From contig JANJGN010000038.1 in the NCBI GenBank assembly GCA_026770705.1, positions 6,386,001-6,450,000 of the forward strand: a DNA stretch of 64,000 nucleotides, given 5' to 3'. Origin of the DNA: Isurus oxyrinchus. Taxonomy: Eukaryota. How positions within the stretch are numbered: position 1 is the stretch's first letter; every line of letters begins with the position of its first letter. Below are positions 11,540 to 24,049 of the stretch, one piece after another. Below the pieces are notes generated by a model, which was not told the DNA's origin, did no database searches, and saw nothing but the letters and a program-made list of their open reading frames with translations. The position numbers and the translations under genes are program-made.

Positions 11540-14500
11540 AGGGGAGTGCGAGAGGAAGACGCTGGGACAGGCATTCAGTAGAACCTACAGGTCAGTGTGA
11601 GAGGTGGACCCTGAGGCAGGCAGTCAGCAGAATCTTGAGGAGAGTGCGAAAGGAGGTTATTGTGACAAGCAGTCAGCAGCAGTTAAAGGAGAGTGTGAGA
11701 GGAAGACCCTGCGACAGGCAGTCTGCAACACCTAGAGGGGAATGTGAAAGGAGGACCTATTCCTTCCTGTCAGAGCCGAAGTGTGACATCAAAGGAAAAG
11801 AGGTATGTGATTGGTGGGAATTCCTTCAGTGTGTGGTTTGATTGGCCAAATATTTTAAATGTTACAAGAGCTGAAGAGTAAAGTTTAGAAATTTACTTTT
11901 AAAATAGTTAACATCCAAATTAATTAATTGAATAGAATAGGGTTGGCTGGGCAGTCGATGTGTTGCAGCTATAGTATGGGCGATTGGTGGTCGCTGGTAT
12001 GATGCCCGGTGACTGCATCTGTAATAAATGTTGGCTGCTCGAGGTACTTCAGCACAGAGTTGATGAGCAGGGGTCTGAGCTGCAGACACTGTGACACACC
12101 AGGGAGCGGGAGTTTTACCTCGATACTGTGCTTCAGGAGGCAGTCACACCTCTTAGATTAATTACTTAAAATTTGGACCGTGGTAAGAGACTGGAGGGCG
12201 TGGCTGCATACGGGGCAGGTTCAGGGATCCACAATCTAGCTCTGGAGGAGCTTCAGCCAATCCCTTGTCCAAGAGGTAAAAGGTTCTTGCTCCCACTGTG
12301 GACGTGGGCACAAACTGCATTGGGGATGAGCGAACAGACCCCACAACATCGTGGTACAGAACGCTTTTTAAGTGCAGTGAGGAAAGTGAAAACAGCTATT
12401 AATAGGAAATAGCATAGCTATAGGAATAGATACTGTTCTCTGCAGTAAAGACAGAACGCCCTGAAAGCTTGCTCTGCTGCCTCCCTGGTGCCAAGGTTAA
12501 GGACATCTCCTTTGGACTGAGGGGAACTTGGAGTGGAAGGCGAAGGATCCAGTTGTCGTGGTCTACGTAGGAACCAAAGATATAGGTCGCACTAAGATAG
12601 AGCTGCTGAGGGGCTACGAGCAGATCGGGGCTAAATTAAAAAGCAGCACCACAGAAGAAATAACATTCGGATCACTACCTGAGCCACGTGAAAATTAGCG
12701 TTGGACAAAAAAAGATTAGAGAGATAAGTGAGTGGCTCAAAGATTGGCGAGGGAGAAATGGTTTCCAATTGATTAGGGTATTGGCACCAGTACAGGTGAA
12801 GAAGAGACCTGTACCGTTGGGATGGGCTTCGTTTGAACCATATTGGGACCATTGCCCTGGAAAATCTTATAACTAGGTTTGTTGATGGGATATTAAATCA
12901 ATCATTATGAGGGATGGGGGTAGGGTATGGATCAATTGAAGGGAAGTTTAAAAATCAAAAATAAACGAAACAGCAGAGGTATAGAGCAGTGAAGAGGTGA
13001 ACGATGATCAAAGTGTAACAAGAAAGGGCAGAAAATATAAGCAGAAGAGTGCAGCAGAAATCAGAACCAGAATGGGCAGTAATGGTGAAAAGTCAAAGCA
13101 AAAGGCTCTTTAGCTGGATTCCTGCAGCATTTATAACAAGATAGCTGAGTTGAAAGCACAAACAGAAATAAATGAATATGACTTGATAGCTATTACAGAG
13201 ATGTGGTTGCAACCTGTCCAAGATTGGGAACCCAATATTCAAGGGACTTCGACTTTCTAAATAAGGAGAATTACAGAGTTATGAAGACGAGTTGTCTAAA
13301 GAGGGCTGGGAAAATAGGCTAAGGGGAAGGTCAGTGGATGAGCAGTGGCAAACATTAAAGCTCATATTTCATAACGTTCAACAAAGAATTATCCCTGGCA
13401 AAAAAAGGACTTGAGAAGGATGAACCACCCATGGTTAACAAAGGTGGTCGAAGAGAGCATCGAGTCAAAACCTAGGGCGTCCAAATTGGTGAAAACTACT
13501 GGTAGGTGAGGGGATTCGAATTTTTTTGGAAGCCAACAACAGATTGCTAAAAAGATAATGAAGAGAGAGACAATTGATTATGAAACTAATTTGGCAAGAA
13601 TTATAAAAACAAACAGCAAGAATTTCTACGGGTATGTAAATAGAAAGTTTCGCTTAAGTGAGAGTGGGACTCTTGGAGGATACGATTGAAGAGTTGATAA
13701 TGAGGAATACGGAAATCGCATGTAATTTAAATCAATATTTTGCTTCGGTCTTCATTGTGGAAGTCACGATAAACATCCAAAATATATCAGACAATCGAGG
13801 AGCTAATGGAAGGAATGATTCTGTAAGTCTCTATCAGGAAGGAAAACGCATTTGACAAACTAATGGGACTAAAGGCAAACAAGACGCCAGGACCTGATGG
13901 CCTGCATCCAAAGGTTTTAAAGGAAGCAGTTGCAGAAATACTGGAGGCATCGGTCGAAATATTCCAAAACTCACTGGATTCTGGGAGGGTCCCAGCGGTT
14001 TGGAAAACTGCTAATGTGATGCCCCTGTTCAAGAGGAGAGGAAAACAAAAAGCCAAATGCAATATGCCAGTCAGCCTGACATCTGTCGTTTAGAAAAGCT
14101 TGAGTCTATTATTAAGGAAGATATAGCAGAGCATTTAGAAAAGCTTAATGCAGTTAAACAGAGTTAACATGGTTTTGTGAAAGTGAAATCATGTTTGACA
14201 AATTTGAGAGAGTTCTTTGAGGATAAAGAAAGCAGGATTGATAAAAGGGAACCAGTAGATGTGCTGTATTTGGATTTCCAGAACGCATTCAATAAGGTGC
14301 CAAATAACGGGTTATTTCACAAGATAGGAGTCTATGATATTGGGAGGTAATATGTTAGCATGGATCGAGGATTGGTTAACACACAGAAGACAGAGAGTTG
14401 GGATTATTGGGTATTTTTACTGTTGGAAATATGTAACTAGTGGAGTGCCACAATGATCAGTCCTAGAGCCCCAAGTATTTACTTTCTATATTAATGATTC

Positions 14501-15447
14501 GGAGGAGGGGCAAGAGTGAATGTACCCAAATTTGTTGATGATACAAAAATAGTGTGAAGGCATGTTGTGATGAGGACAGACTGAATCTGCAAGGGGATTC
14601 TAGATAGGCTGACTGAATGGACAAAGACGTCACAGATGGAGTTTAATGTAGTAAAGTGCGAGGTCATGCGTCGGAAGGCAGACTATTGTTTAAATACAGA
14701 GAGACTCCAAAAAAGTGCAGCACAGAGAGAACTGGGTATTCTTGAGATTGAAACATAAGAAGTTAGCATGCAGATGCAGCAAATAATTAAAAAGGCACAT
14801 AGAATTTTGGCTGTATTTATCAGGGGTTGGAGTCCAAAATATAGGGAAGTCTTGTTACAACTAAACAGGGTGTTGGTGACGCCGCACCTTGAGTATTGTG
14901 CACAGTTTTGGCCCCCGTATTTAAGAAAGGATATACCGGCATTGGAAGCAGTTAAAAATAGATTCACTAGGGCGGTTCCTGGTATGGGTGGGTTGATTAT
15001 CTAGAACGGCTGAACACGTTAGGCCTTTATTAATCACAGTTTAGAAAAATGCGGGGTGATCTTATTGAAACGTGTACAATTCTGAGGGGGCTTGACAGGA
15101 TTGATGTTGAAAAGATATTTCCACCAGTGGGAAAATCTATAACTAGGGAACATAATTGCAGAATAAGTGGACACATATTAAAAACAGAGATGCAAAGGAA
15201 TTTCTTCTCTCAGAGGGAAGTGAATGTCTGTAATTCTTTAGCCAGAGTGTTATAGAGGCTAGATCACTGAAAGTATTTAAAGAGGAGGTAGATAGATTTT
15301 TGAAATATCGAGGAGTTGATGGCTATAAGGAGCTGGCACGAAAGAAGAGTTGAAGCCTGAACAGATCAGCCATGAACTTACTGAATGGCGGGTAAGGATT
15401 GAGGGGCCAAATGGCCTACTCCTGCTCATATTTCTTTTTTCCTTATG
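11540..15447 (+). mobile_element. Near-full-length degenerate CR1 LINE (5' repeats, ORF1 esterase-like, ORF2 EN-RT)
   Basis: ORF1 remnants LPGAKVKD and VVVYVGT near 12.5 kb; KTPGPDGLHPKVLKE, WKTANVMPLFK, PHLEYCAQFW; CR1 tail ending about 15447; many stops. Confidence 0.88.
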
Positions 15448-17410
15448 AGAAAGGCAAACAGCAGTGGGAAACCGGGGGATTGGGAAGGCTACAAAGACCA
15501 ACAGAGGACAACTAAAAAAGAAATAAGGAGAGAGAAGATTAAATATGAAGGTAAACTAGCCAATAATATAAAAAAAATTACAAAAGTTTTTTTAGATAAA
15601 AAAAAGGGTAAAAGAGAGGACAAAGTTGACATTGGGCTGCTGGAAAATGACGCTGGAGAAGTAGTAGGGAACAAAGAATTGGCGGAGGAACTGAATAAGT
15701 ACTTTGCGTCAGTATTCACGGTGGAAGACACAAGTAACATTCCCAAAGTTCAAGAGAGTCAGGGGGCAGAGGTGAGTATGGTGGCCATTACCAAGGTGAA
15801 GGTGCCAGGAAAGCTGAAAGGTCTGAAGGTGCATAAATCCCCTGGACCAGATGGATTACACCCCAGAGTTCTGAAGGAGATAGCTCAAGAGATAGTGGAG
15901 GCGGTGGTGGTGATCTTTCAGGAATCACTGTAGTCAGGGATGGTCCCAGAGGGCTGGAAAATCGATAATGTAACCCCCTGTTTAAGAAGGGAGTGAGGCA
16001 AAATATGGGAAATTACAGTTCGATTAGCCTGACCTCCGTCGTTGGAAAGATTTTAGAGTCCATTATTAAGGATGATATTTCAGAATACTTCGAATTGCAT
16101 GGTAAAATAGGACAAAGTCAGCAGGGTTTCATCAAAGGGAAGGCATACCTGACAAATATGTTAGAATTCTTTGAGGAGGTAACGAGTAGGTTAGACAAAG
16201 GAGAGCCAATGGATGTTATCTACTTGGACTTCCAGAAGGCCTTTGACAAGTTGCAGCACAGGAAGCTGTTCAGTAAGATAAGAGCCTATGATTTTGGCGG
16301 CAAGGTAGTAGGATGGATAGAAGATTGGCTGTCTGGCAGGAGACAGAGAGTGGGGATAAGGGGATCCTTCTCAGGATGGCTGGTGACTAGCAGAGTTCCG
16401 CAGGGGTCAGTGTTGGGACCACAACTTTTCACTTTATATATTAGTGATCTAGATGAGGGAACTGAGGGCATCCTGGCTAGGTTTGCAGATGATACAAAGA
16501 TAGGTGGAGGGACAGTAGTATTTAGGAGGAAGGGAGGCTGCAGAACGATTTGAACAGGTTAGGAGAATGGCCAAAGAAGTGGCAGATGGAATACAACGTG
16601 GGGAAGTGTGGGGTCATGCACTTTGGTAGGAAGAATAGAGGCATAGACTATTTTCTAAATGGGGAGAGAATTCAGAAATCTGGAGTGCAAAAGAACTTGG
16701 GAGTCCGAGTCCAGGATTTTCTTAAGGTTATCTTGCAGGTTGGTTCGGTAGTTGGAAAGGCAAATGCAATGTTGGCATTTATTTCGAGAGGACTAGAATA
16801 TAAAAGCAGGAATGTGCTGCTGAGGCTTCATAAGGCTCTGGTCAGACCACATTTAGTATATTGTGAGCAATGTTGGACCCGTATCTCAGGAAAGGATGTT
16901 CTGGTCCTGGAGAGGGTCCAGAGGAGGTTCAAGAGAACGATCACAGGAATGAAAGGCTTAACACATGAGGAACGATTCAGGACTCTGCGTCTATACTCGA
17001 TGGAGTTGATAAGGATGAGGGGGATCTGATTGAAACTTACAGAATACTAAAAGGCCTGGATAGAGTGGAAGTGGGGAAGATGTTTCCCTTAATAGGAGAG
17101 ACTAGGACCCAAGGGCTCAGCCTCAGAGTAAAGGGAAGACCTTTTAGAACAGAGATGAGGAGAAACTTCTTTAGCCAGCGACTGGTGAATCTATGGCATT
17201 CATTGCCACAGAAGGCTGTGGAAGCCAGGTATTGACTGTATTTAAGACCGAGATAGATAGGTTGTTGATTGGTAAGGGGATCAAAGGTTACAGGGAGAAG
17301 GCAGGAGAATGGGGTTGAGAAACTTATCGGCCATGATTGAATGGCGGAGCAGACTCGATGGGCCGAATGGCGGAATTTTTGCTCCTATGTCTTATGGTCT
17401 TATGGTTTTA
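15448..17410 (+). mobile_element. 5'-truncated CR1 LINE ORF2 (RT) directly abutting the previous copy
   Basis: [42 protein letters not shown]; tail cttatggtcttatgg. Confidence 0.92.
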
Positions 17411-18649
17411 AGGCAAAAGAACATTTAATTCACCTTCTACTCTGCTGATTAGTCTAACAGGACAGCATCGTCGGTGTTATCAAAGAAAATGAAATAAACT
17501 TCACTAATTTGCCTCTTCTGAAAGGGATATAAACAAGAAGCAACATCATAATAGAAAATATAAGTGTTACAATTCACTGTGTACAAAAATCCAATTTGTT
17601 TTCCGCCATTTTCCTACCTGCACGATGCAAAGATTGTGGAGTTGTTGACTCATCAATGCAATCAACCTCTATTAATTAGCCTATAAAAGAATCTGAACAA
17701 AGCGAGAAATGAGATTGTGGAGAGCTTTGAGAAGGGTTGGTTGAAATCATTGCTGCAGTACTAGTAGGGTCTAGCATAGTTTTACTTGCGTTCCACGAGC
17801 AGCATTCCGTTGATAAAAAGCAGCTGACAGGCCCATCACCTGAATGTGCTGGGTTGCTTTGGATGGACACTATCCTGAAGTCACACAAACCAACAGGCTG
17901 AGGTGCCTCAAGATTCCAGATTTGTACCATTCACTTCAGCAGAACCTTGGGCACATCACTTTGCAACTGATGGACAAGAGAGATGCAATTTTGGCGATAC
18001 ACTGGTGCTACTTAAAGATCCAAGTAGCTTAATTGCTGGTAGGCATTTCCCCCCGAAACTCTTCAGTATCTTTTGAAGGATTCTGAATTGTTTTTTAAGG
18101 GAAGTTGGTGATTTTGTGTGGATGTGTTGTACTTCATAAAGGTTGCATGAAATGGCAGGAGAACAATTAAGATTACAGCAAAACTGGTAGGACGTAACAG
18201 CGATAGAGGAGAGGGAAGGCTCTGTTCAATACTCTCTTACAAATTTGAATTTGACACCTCCGCTCTTTTCACTGATGGGAAGCAAGCTAAAGCATCGAGC
18301 CTACCGATGTGTCCTTACATTTGTGATTTCCTCCATAACAGCCCCTCCAGTTCCTTGACTTGGCGCTCTGCAACAGAAGGTGTATGGTTTGTTTTGGGGC
18401 AGCCCCCTGTTAGCAGAAACACCACACGTGTTGCCACTGCAAAAGAGCAGTGCTGAAAAACGCTAAACAGACAATTGAATATTGTTTGTTTTCCTTATTT
18501 CCCAGATATTCTAATGCGTGGAATAATTATAACCTCCTGTGAATTTCGTTCTTCCCTCATTACTTACGTCAAACTTATATTGTTTTATTCATTGTCGTAT
18601 GTTCTCATCCCTTAATAATCATGCGATACGTTTTGCCTTTTACCATGAT

Positions 18650-21000
18650 GACAGACTCAAAATATCTGTTCAACGCTTCCGCCATTTCCTTGCTTCCCAT
18701 TATTAATTCCCCAGGATCACCTTCCAAGCATCCAATGCTAATTTTGTTACTCTTTTTTTATATATATACATACATCTAATGCACACACATATGTATAATT
18801 TTCTCCTGAGCTTTCTCTCTCGCACTAATTTCTATCTCCTTATTGTTTCTTTTTAGTAGTTATTTGCTTGTTTATAAAGTCTACCTAACATTCTGATCTT
18901 TGCTGTAAATTTGTTTCAATGTGATACTAACTTTAACTTCTTAAGTTATCCACGAATGGTGCACGCTTCCCATTGAATATTTATTTCTCATTGGAATTCA
19001 TCTTTCCTGACAGTTGTGAAATATTTCCTTAAATATCTGTCACTAGGAGCTCTTTTACCCAGGTGTTATGAATTAATTGTGACTCATTGTGCATTACCAT
19101 GTCTGAAATAGCCGACTACCTGATTGGCACGAGAACATACTGAATTTAGATATTGAACACCATGAACTCATCTTCTTCGCTGCCTTGTTAATCTGATTGG
19201 TGGAACCTATATGAAGATTAAAATATCTGGCTTTCCATTGACTTTCTTTCAAGCCATATTTATTTTTCCTGTATACTCCGTACTATGATGTAAATACTTT
19301 TAGGGAACCTATAAACTACTCCCACAAGAGAATTCTGACATCTGCTGTTTCTTATCTCCTCCCAATCTGATTGTACATCTTGACCTTGTGAACAAAGGTC
19401 ATCGCTCACTACTGTACTAATGTTAACCTCAGTTATCCAAGCTATGCCGCCACCTATTTCTAGTTTCCCGCCATTCTGAAATTTGGAAGATGTTTGATTA
19501 GTCATTTAACATCTATGGTCAACTTGCAAAGACCTCTGTAAAGCGTCAATCAGGCCATGCATATTTATGTCTACTGATGTTATCAATTCATTAATTTTGT
19601 TCTGAATGCTGTGCACATTCAGATACACAGCTTAAAATCCTGCTTTTTGTTACCAATCTCGTAAACACTGGTTTATACACTCTATCACTTCCTGCCACAC
19701 TCTGGTTACCATTAAACATTTCACTGTCCTGCCCTATTTCCTTGTTCTTTATCCTTAATTCACCACATTTCCTCTCAAGTGATCACTGTACCCCTGACAC
19801 TCCCAACAACAGTCCCCAGCAACCACCCCCTCTCCCGACTCCCAGAATATTTAGCTTAAAGCCCTCTCCACCGCCCTAGGTATAGAACACGTCAGAACAC
19901 AGATCCCAGTATGACTCAGGTGAAAACCATCCCACATTCCCGCTTTCTACAGTACTGGCACCAGTAAGCCATGAAGTGCAACCGATTTCTCACACATCAC
20001 CCTTTGATCGATGCATTCCACTCCGTACTCAAATTTATCATGCGATAATTTGCGGCGCGGCTATCGCATTAATGCAGGGATTATTGCCTTTCTGGTCCTG
20101 CTTTTTAAAATTAGACCCTAGCTACCTATAATCCATAAGAAGCAGCTCTAACTTGGTCCGATCTATGGCCCTGGTATCTACAAGTTCTATGGAAACTTCA
20201 TATTCCATCTCCAACCCGGAACTCATGTCCTGACTTGCAACACCGGGCAGATGACAGAGCCTTCTGGACTGAAGCTCTCAGCTGCAGAAACCCGTGTCGA
20301 CCCCCTGGCTATACTGTCTCCTACCTGCTCTAGATTTCTGGTTAATACCCCACACCCCCATTTCAATGGCTTCCTGAACCTCGAATCCATGGCCAGATCA
20401 ATTATCAATGCTACAACCAACGATTTGGTTCACATGAGCTCCAAGTACCTAATACCGATTTGACCATTGCAAGGGCTCAGGCTGCTCCACTTCAAACTTC
20501 TCAATCTCCATATCTGACTTACTCACAGCCATTCCCTTCACTGTATGACAGCGGACCAAATCAGGAGACCCTAGCCAAAGCCATGTGTCTGCCATCTGGA
20601 ACAAAGTGCCCAGGTAACTTTCGCCGTTCCTGCAGCATCGCAGCATCCAAAGCCCAGGGTCGAGCTCACTAACTCTCAGATGAGTTACTTGAGCTACAGA
20701 CACTTACTGCATGTGTGGATGATATAGATATCCACCAGAACCTACATACTACAGTTGCAACACAACACCTCCCTTACTCTCCATATTATGATTTAATTAA
20801 TTAATCAATTAATTGATTTCTTTGTTACGTTTCAATCAATGCTTCTCGACCCGGTTCTGCTTATGTTTTATTCCTTTATCATTCAATTAATCTCATACTG
20901 AGACATCGTCATTAAACTTCCCCGTTTAAAAAATAGAGAAAGAGAAAATACTCACCAGACAATCACTTATCTTCTTGGCTATTGGATCACTCTTCGAGTT
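18650..21000 (-). mobile_element. Degenerate 5' part of a CR1 LINE (ORF1 and endonuclease)
   Basis: VGDSIARG (GDS esterase-like), GGGIAW..LVGVVYR (APE endonuclease remnant). Confidence 0.65.
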
Positions 21001-22379
21001 CTCCACAATGCTCTGAACTCACAGGCCCACCCGTTGAGATCTACAAACTCTCGTTGCTGTCTCCAGATATCTCTTTATTTCTGGTCTGCAGTTTGTTTCT
21101 TCTGCAGTTAATGGAGGCTGAGAGATGGTTCAAAAACTGGTGCCTCTTTGCTCCTCGGCATCTATTCCCACTGAAGCCAATTTCCCGACTGTTCACGCGG
21201 CTTACTTCACACTCCTGTGTAGTTTCCTCTCTGTGTGTCCCGCTTACTAAATTGAAGAGCCAACGGTGAACAGTTGACTGAAACGAAAGAGGCGGTGTGG
21301 ATACAGCGTCTTAACTGTAAAAGTGGGCTCAAATCAATTGGTTAAAGGATAAAAAGTTGCAATGATAACATGCTAAATGAAAGAGAAGGAGTTTGAGGAA
21401 GCAGAGAAAAAGGAAGAAAGGACTCGAGGTAGCAGAGTAATTGGATAGAAGGAGTGATGCACTAGTAGAAAGAGTGGAGAGACATTGTGGTAAATGGGAG
21501 AGCTACAATTGGGATGGGAATGTAAGTTGAAGTGGTGTATAGAGGCAGTGTGAAAATTGAATGAGGTATTCTGGATAATTGGAAGAGGTGCAGGAGGATG
21601 TGTCATTGGAACTATTTCACATAGGCATTGAAATTTGCTATTGATATGAAATTCGGAACGTTTCAAACAGAAGGTAGGAATGAAAGCTTGGAAGAGAAAT
21701 TGAGGCATGGGACATTGAAAATGCGAATCCTAAAACATAATACTCCCAACAGAGAGTAACAATATGAGGAATGCAGATGAAATGATTTCAAAGCGTGTGA
21801 TTACGGATGGTGAAGGCTACTAAAAGGGTACTTTGGTCTCTGAGTTTTACAAGGGTGTTGGGTAGAACCTGTATCCAAGGTGATGTGAATTCATGCATAA
21901 CATAGACAAAGCCGCAGATTGCCTACCGGGTGTTAATTGTGAACTTAGGTATACACTGCTGCACTACATTGATTGGATGGTTACTTGAGCACTTTTGAAG
22001 AGAGACTTACTGACACAATTGACTGCATATTACTGTTGCACGTCAATGGAAGGTTCTGCACGCTGTGTTCAGCTGTGTTTCAACTTCCAGAATCGCCATC
22101 AGCGCACACATAATAGCATGGTAACTGCAACCAGTTAGCGCCCAGGACGGGTTACAGAGCATCATCCTGCCAAATGACAGGTGAAGGGAGGCATGTCCGG
22201 TCTCTGAGGCTGCAGATCATGACTCAAAATAAAGTAAGGTCCAACACGCTGAAGGGCCCCTTGGCACGGAACAGTGTCAGGTAAATCATCAGATGGTCTC
22301 CCGAGTGCATCTTTTGTATCTGATGACGATTTGTGCATTTTCCAGTCTGGACAGATAAGCCAATTTAATTTATGGCTAA

Positions 22380-24020
22380 AGTAAAAGTTGAATACTGTGG
22401 ACGTTGGAAATCTGAAATTTAAAAACAAAATCAGAAAATACTTGAAAAAGCTCAGCAGGTCTGGCAGCATTTGCGGAGGTCGAATCAGAGAATGTTTTGA
22501 GATCCTGTGACTCTTCTTCAGACCTAAATAGCGGTAGAAATACGATGGGTTTTACACTGGTGAAGCGAAGGGGTGGAGCAAAGTAGAATCCAGAGATAGT
22601 GGGGATCACAAGAGAGATTTGACAAAGATGCCATGTACAGAAGCCAATGGTAGTGCTAAAGACTAAGGCCGGTGCCAATAGTGGTATAAATGTCAGATAG
22701 CAGAATGTGATAACAGCAGAACAAGGTTCCGTGCTATGTGGAAGCAAAACATAGGAACACGTTAGAGACGGCCCTCGTAAAAGGGCAGGGGGTGGGTGTG
22801 GTAAAAGTATCAAAATAGAGGGCAGAGTGCATGGTCTAAAGTTGTTGAACTCAATGTTAAATCCAGGAGCCTTTAAAATGCCTAATCAGAAGATAAGGCT
22901 TATAATTAGGTGCTTTACAGCCTTCTGGACTTAACACTAAGTTCATGGCTTCAGACCTGCATGTTGATTTCTTTCCCCAACCATATCCTCCCACAGGGCA
23001 AATCTGTAACTTGTTTTTTTGCTTTGCTTTCACAGACGCTGACCTGTCAGTAACACATTCTGCCATCTGACCTTTACATCAGCATTAACACCTACCTTAG
23101 ACTTTATCACTATCATTACCATTCTGTCTTAGGAACATAGTAACAGGAAAAGACCATTCAGCCCGTCGAGCCTGCTTCGCCATTCAATACGATCATGGTT
23201 GAACGAACAGTTCAATGGCTTTTACCCACACTATCTCCACAACACTTTATGTTATTAATGAGAAATCTGTCAATCTCTACCTTAAGCATATGGAATTGCT
23301 AAGGTTTCACGACCCGCTGGGGTAGAGAAATCCAAAGATTTACAACCCTCTGAACAAAGAAATTTTCCCTCATCTCGATCCTAAGTGGCATCCCCCTAAT
23401 TTCGAATTTGTGACCGTTGTTTCTACACTCAACAACCAGGGAAAAATCTTATCTGCATCAACCCTGTCTATACATTTAAGAATTTTGTAGGTTTCAATGA
23501 AATCACCTCTCTTTCTTCGAAACTCTAGAGAATACAAGCCCAGTTTCCTCAACCTCTCTTCATCAGACAGTTCCCCAAACCCAGGAGGAAGCCTGGCGAA
23601 TCTTCGTTGCACTCCCTCTATGGCAATAATACCCATCCTAAGGTAAGCGGACCAAAACTGCCCACAGCACTCTAGTTGCGGTCTAACCAAGCTTCTATAC
23701 AATTGAAGCAAGACTTCAATACTTCTGCACTCAAATTCTCTTAAGGTAAAGGCCGACATTCCATTAGCCTTCCTATCTGTTTGCTGCACCTGTATGTGTT
23801 GTGTGCATGGCATTTTGTCATTTCTCGTCTGAGCTCCCAGCTATCCCTGACCTTCTATTTTGCTCCACCTGCCCCGCCCCTCTCTTCCGCAGTGGAAACA
23901 CGCACATTTCTACCTCTCTTCACCTCTGAAGAAGAGTCATACGGACCCCAAATGTTAACACTGTTTCTCTCTTCACTGTTGCTACCAGACGTACAGAGAT
24001 TTTCCAGCTTTTTCAGTTCT
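22380..24020. mobile_element. Old Penelope-like element remnant: inverted pair of 3' ends, split by a CR1 insertion
   Basis: 22380-22900 resembles the Penelope 3' end on minus; from about 22905 a plus-strand copy runs to about 23130 and resumes about 23805-24020; degenerate CTGAAGA hammerhead-like cores near 22520 (-) and 23926 (+). Confidence 0.7.
23130..23800 (-). mobile_element. CR1 LINE 3' fragment
   Basis: ORF 23370-23813 LYRSLVRPQLECCGQFWS..RGDFIETYKIL. Confidence 0.88.
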
Positions 24021-24049
24021 CATATTAAATTCTGGCTAATCAGAAGAGC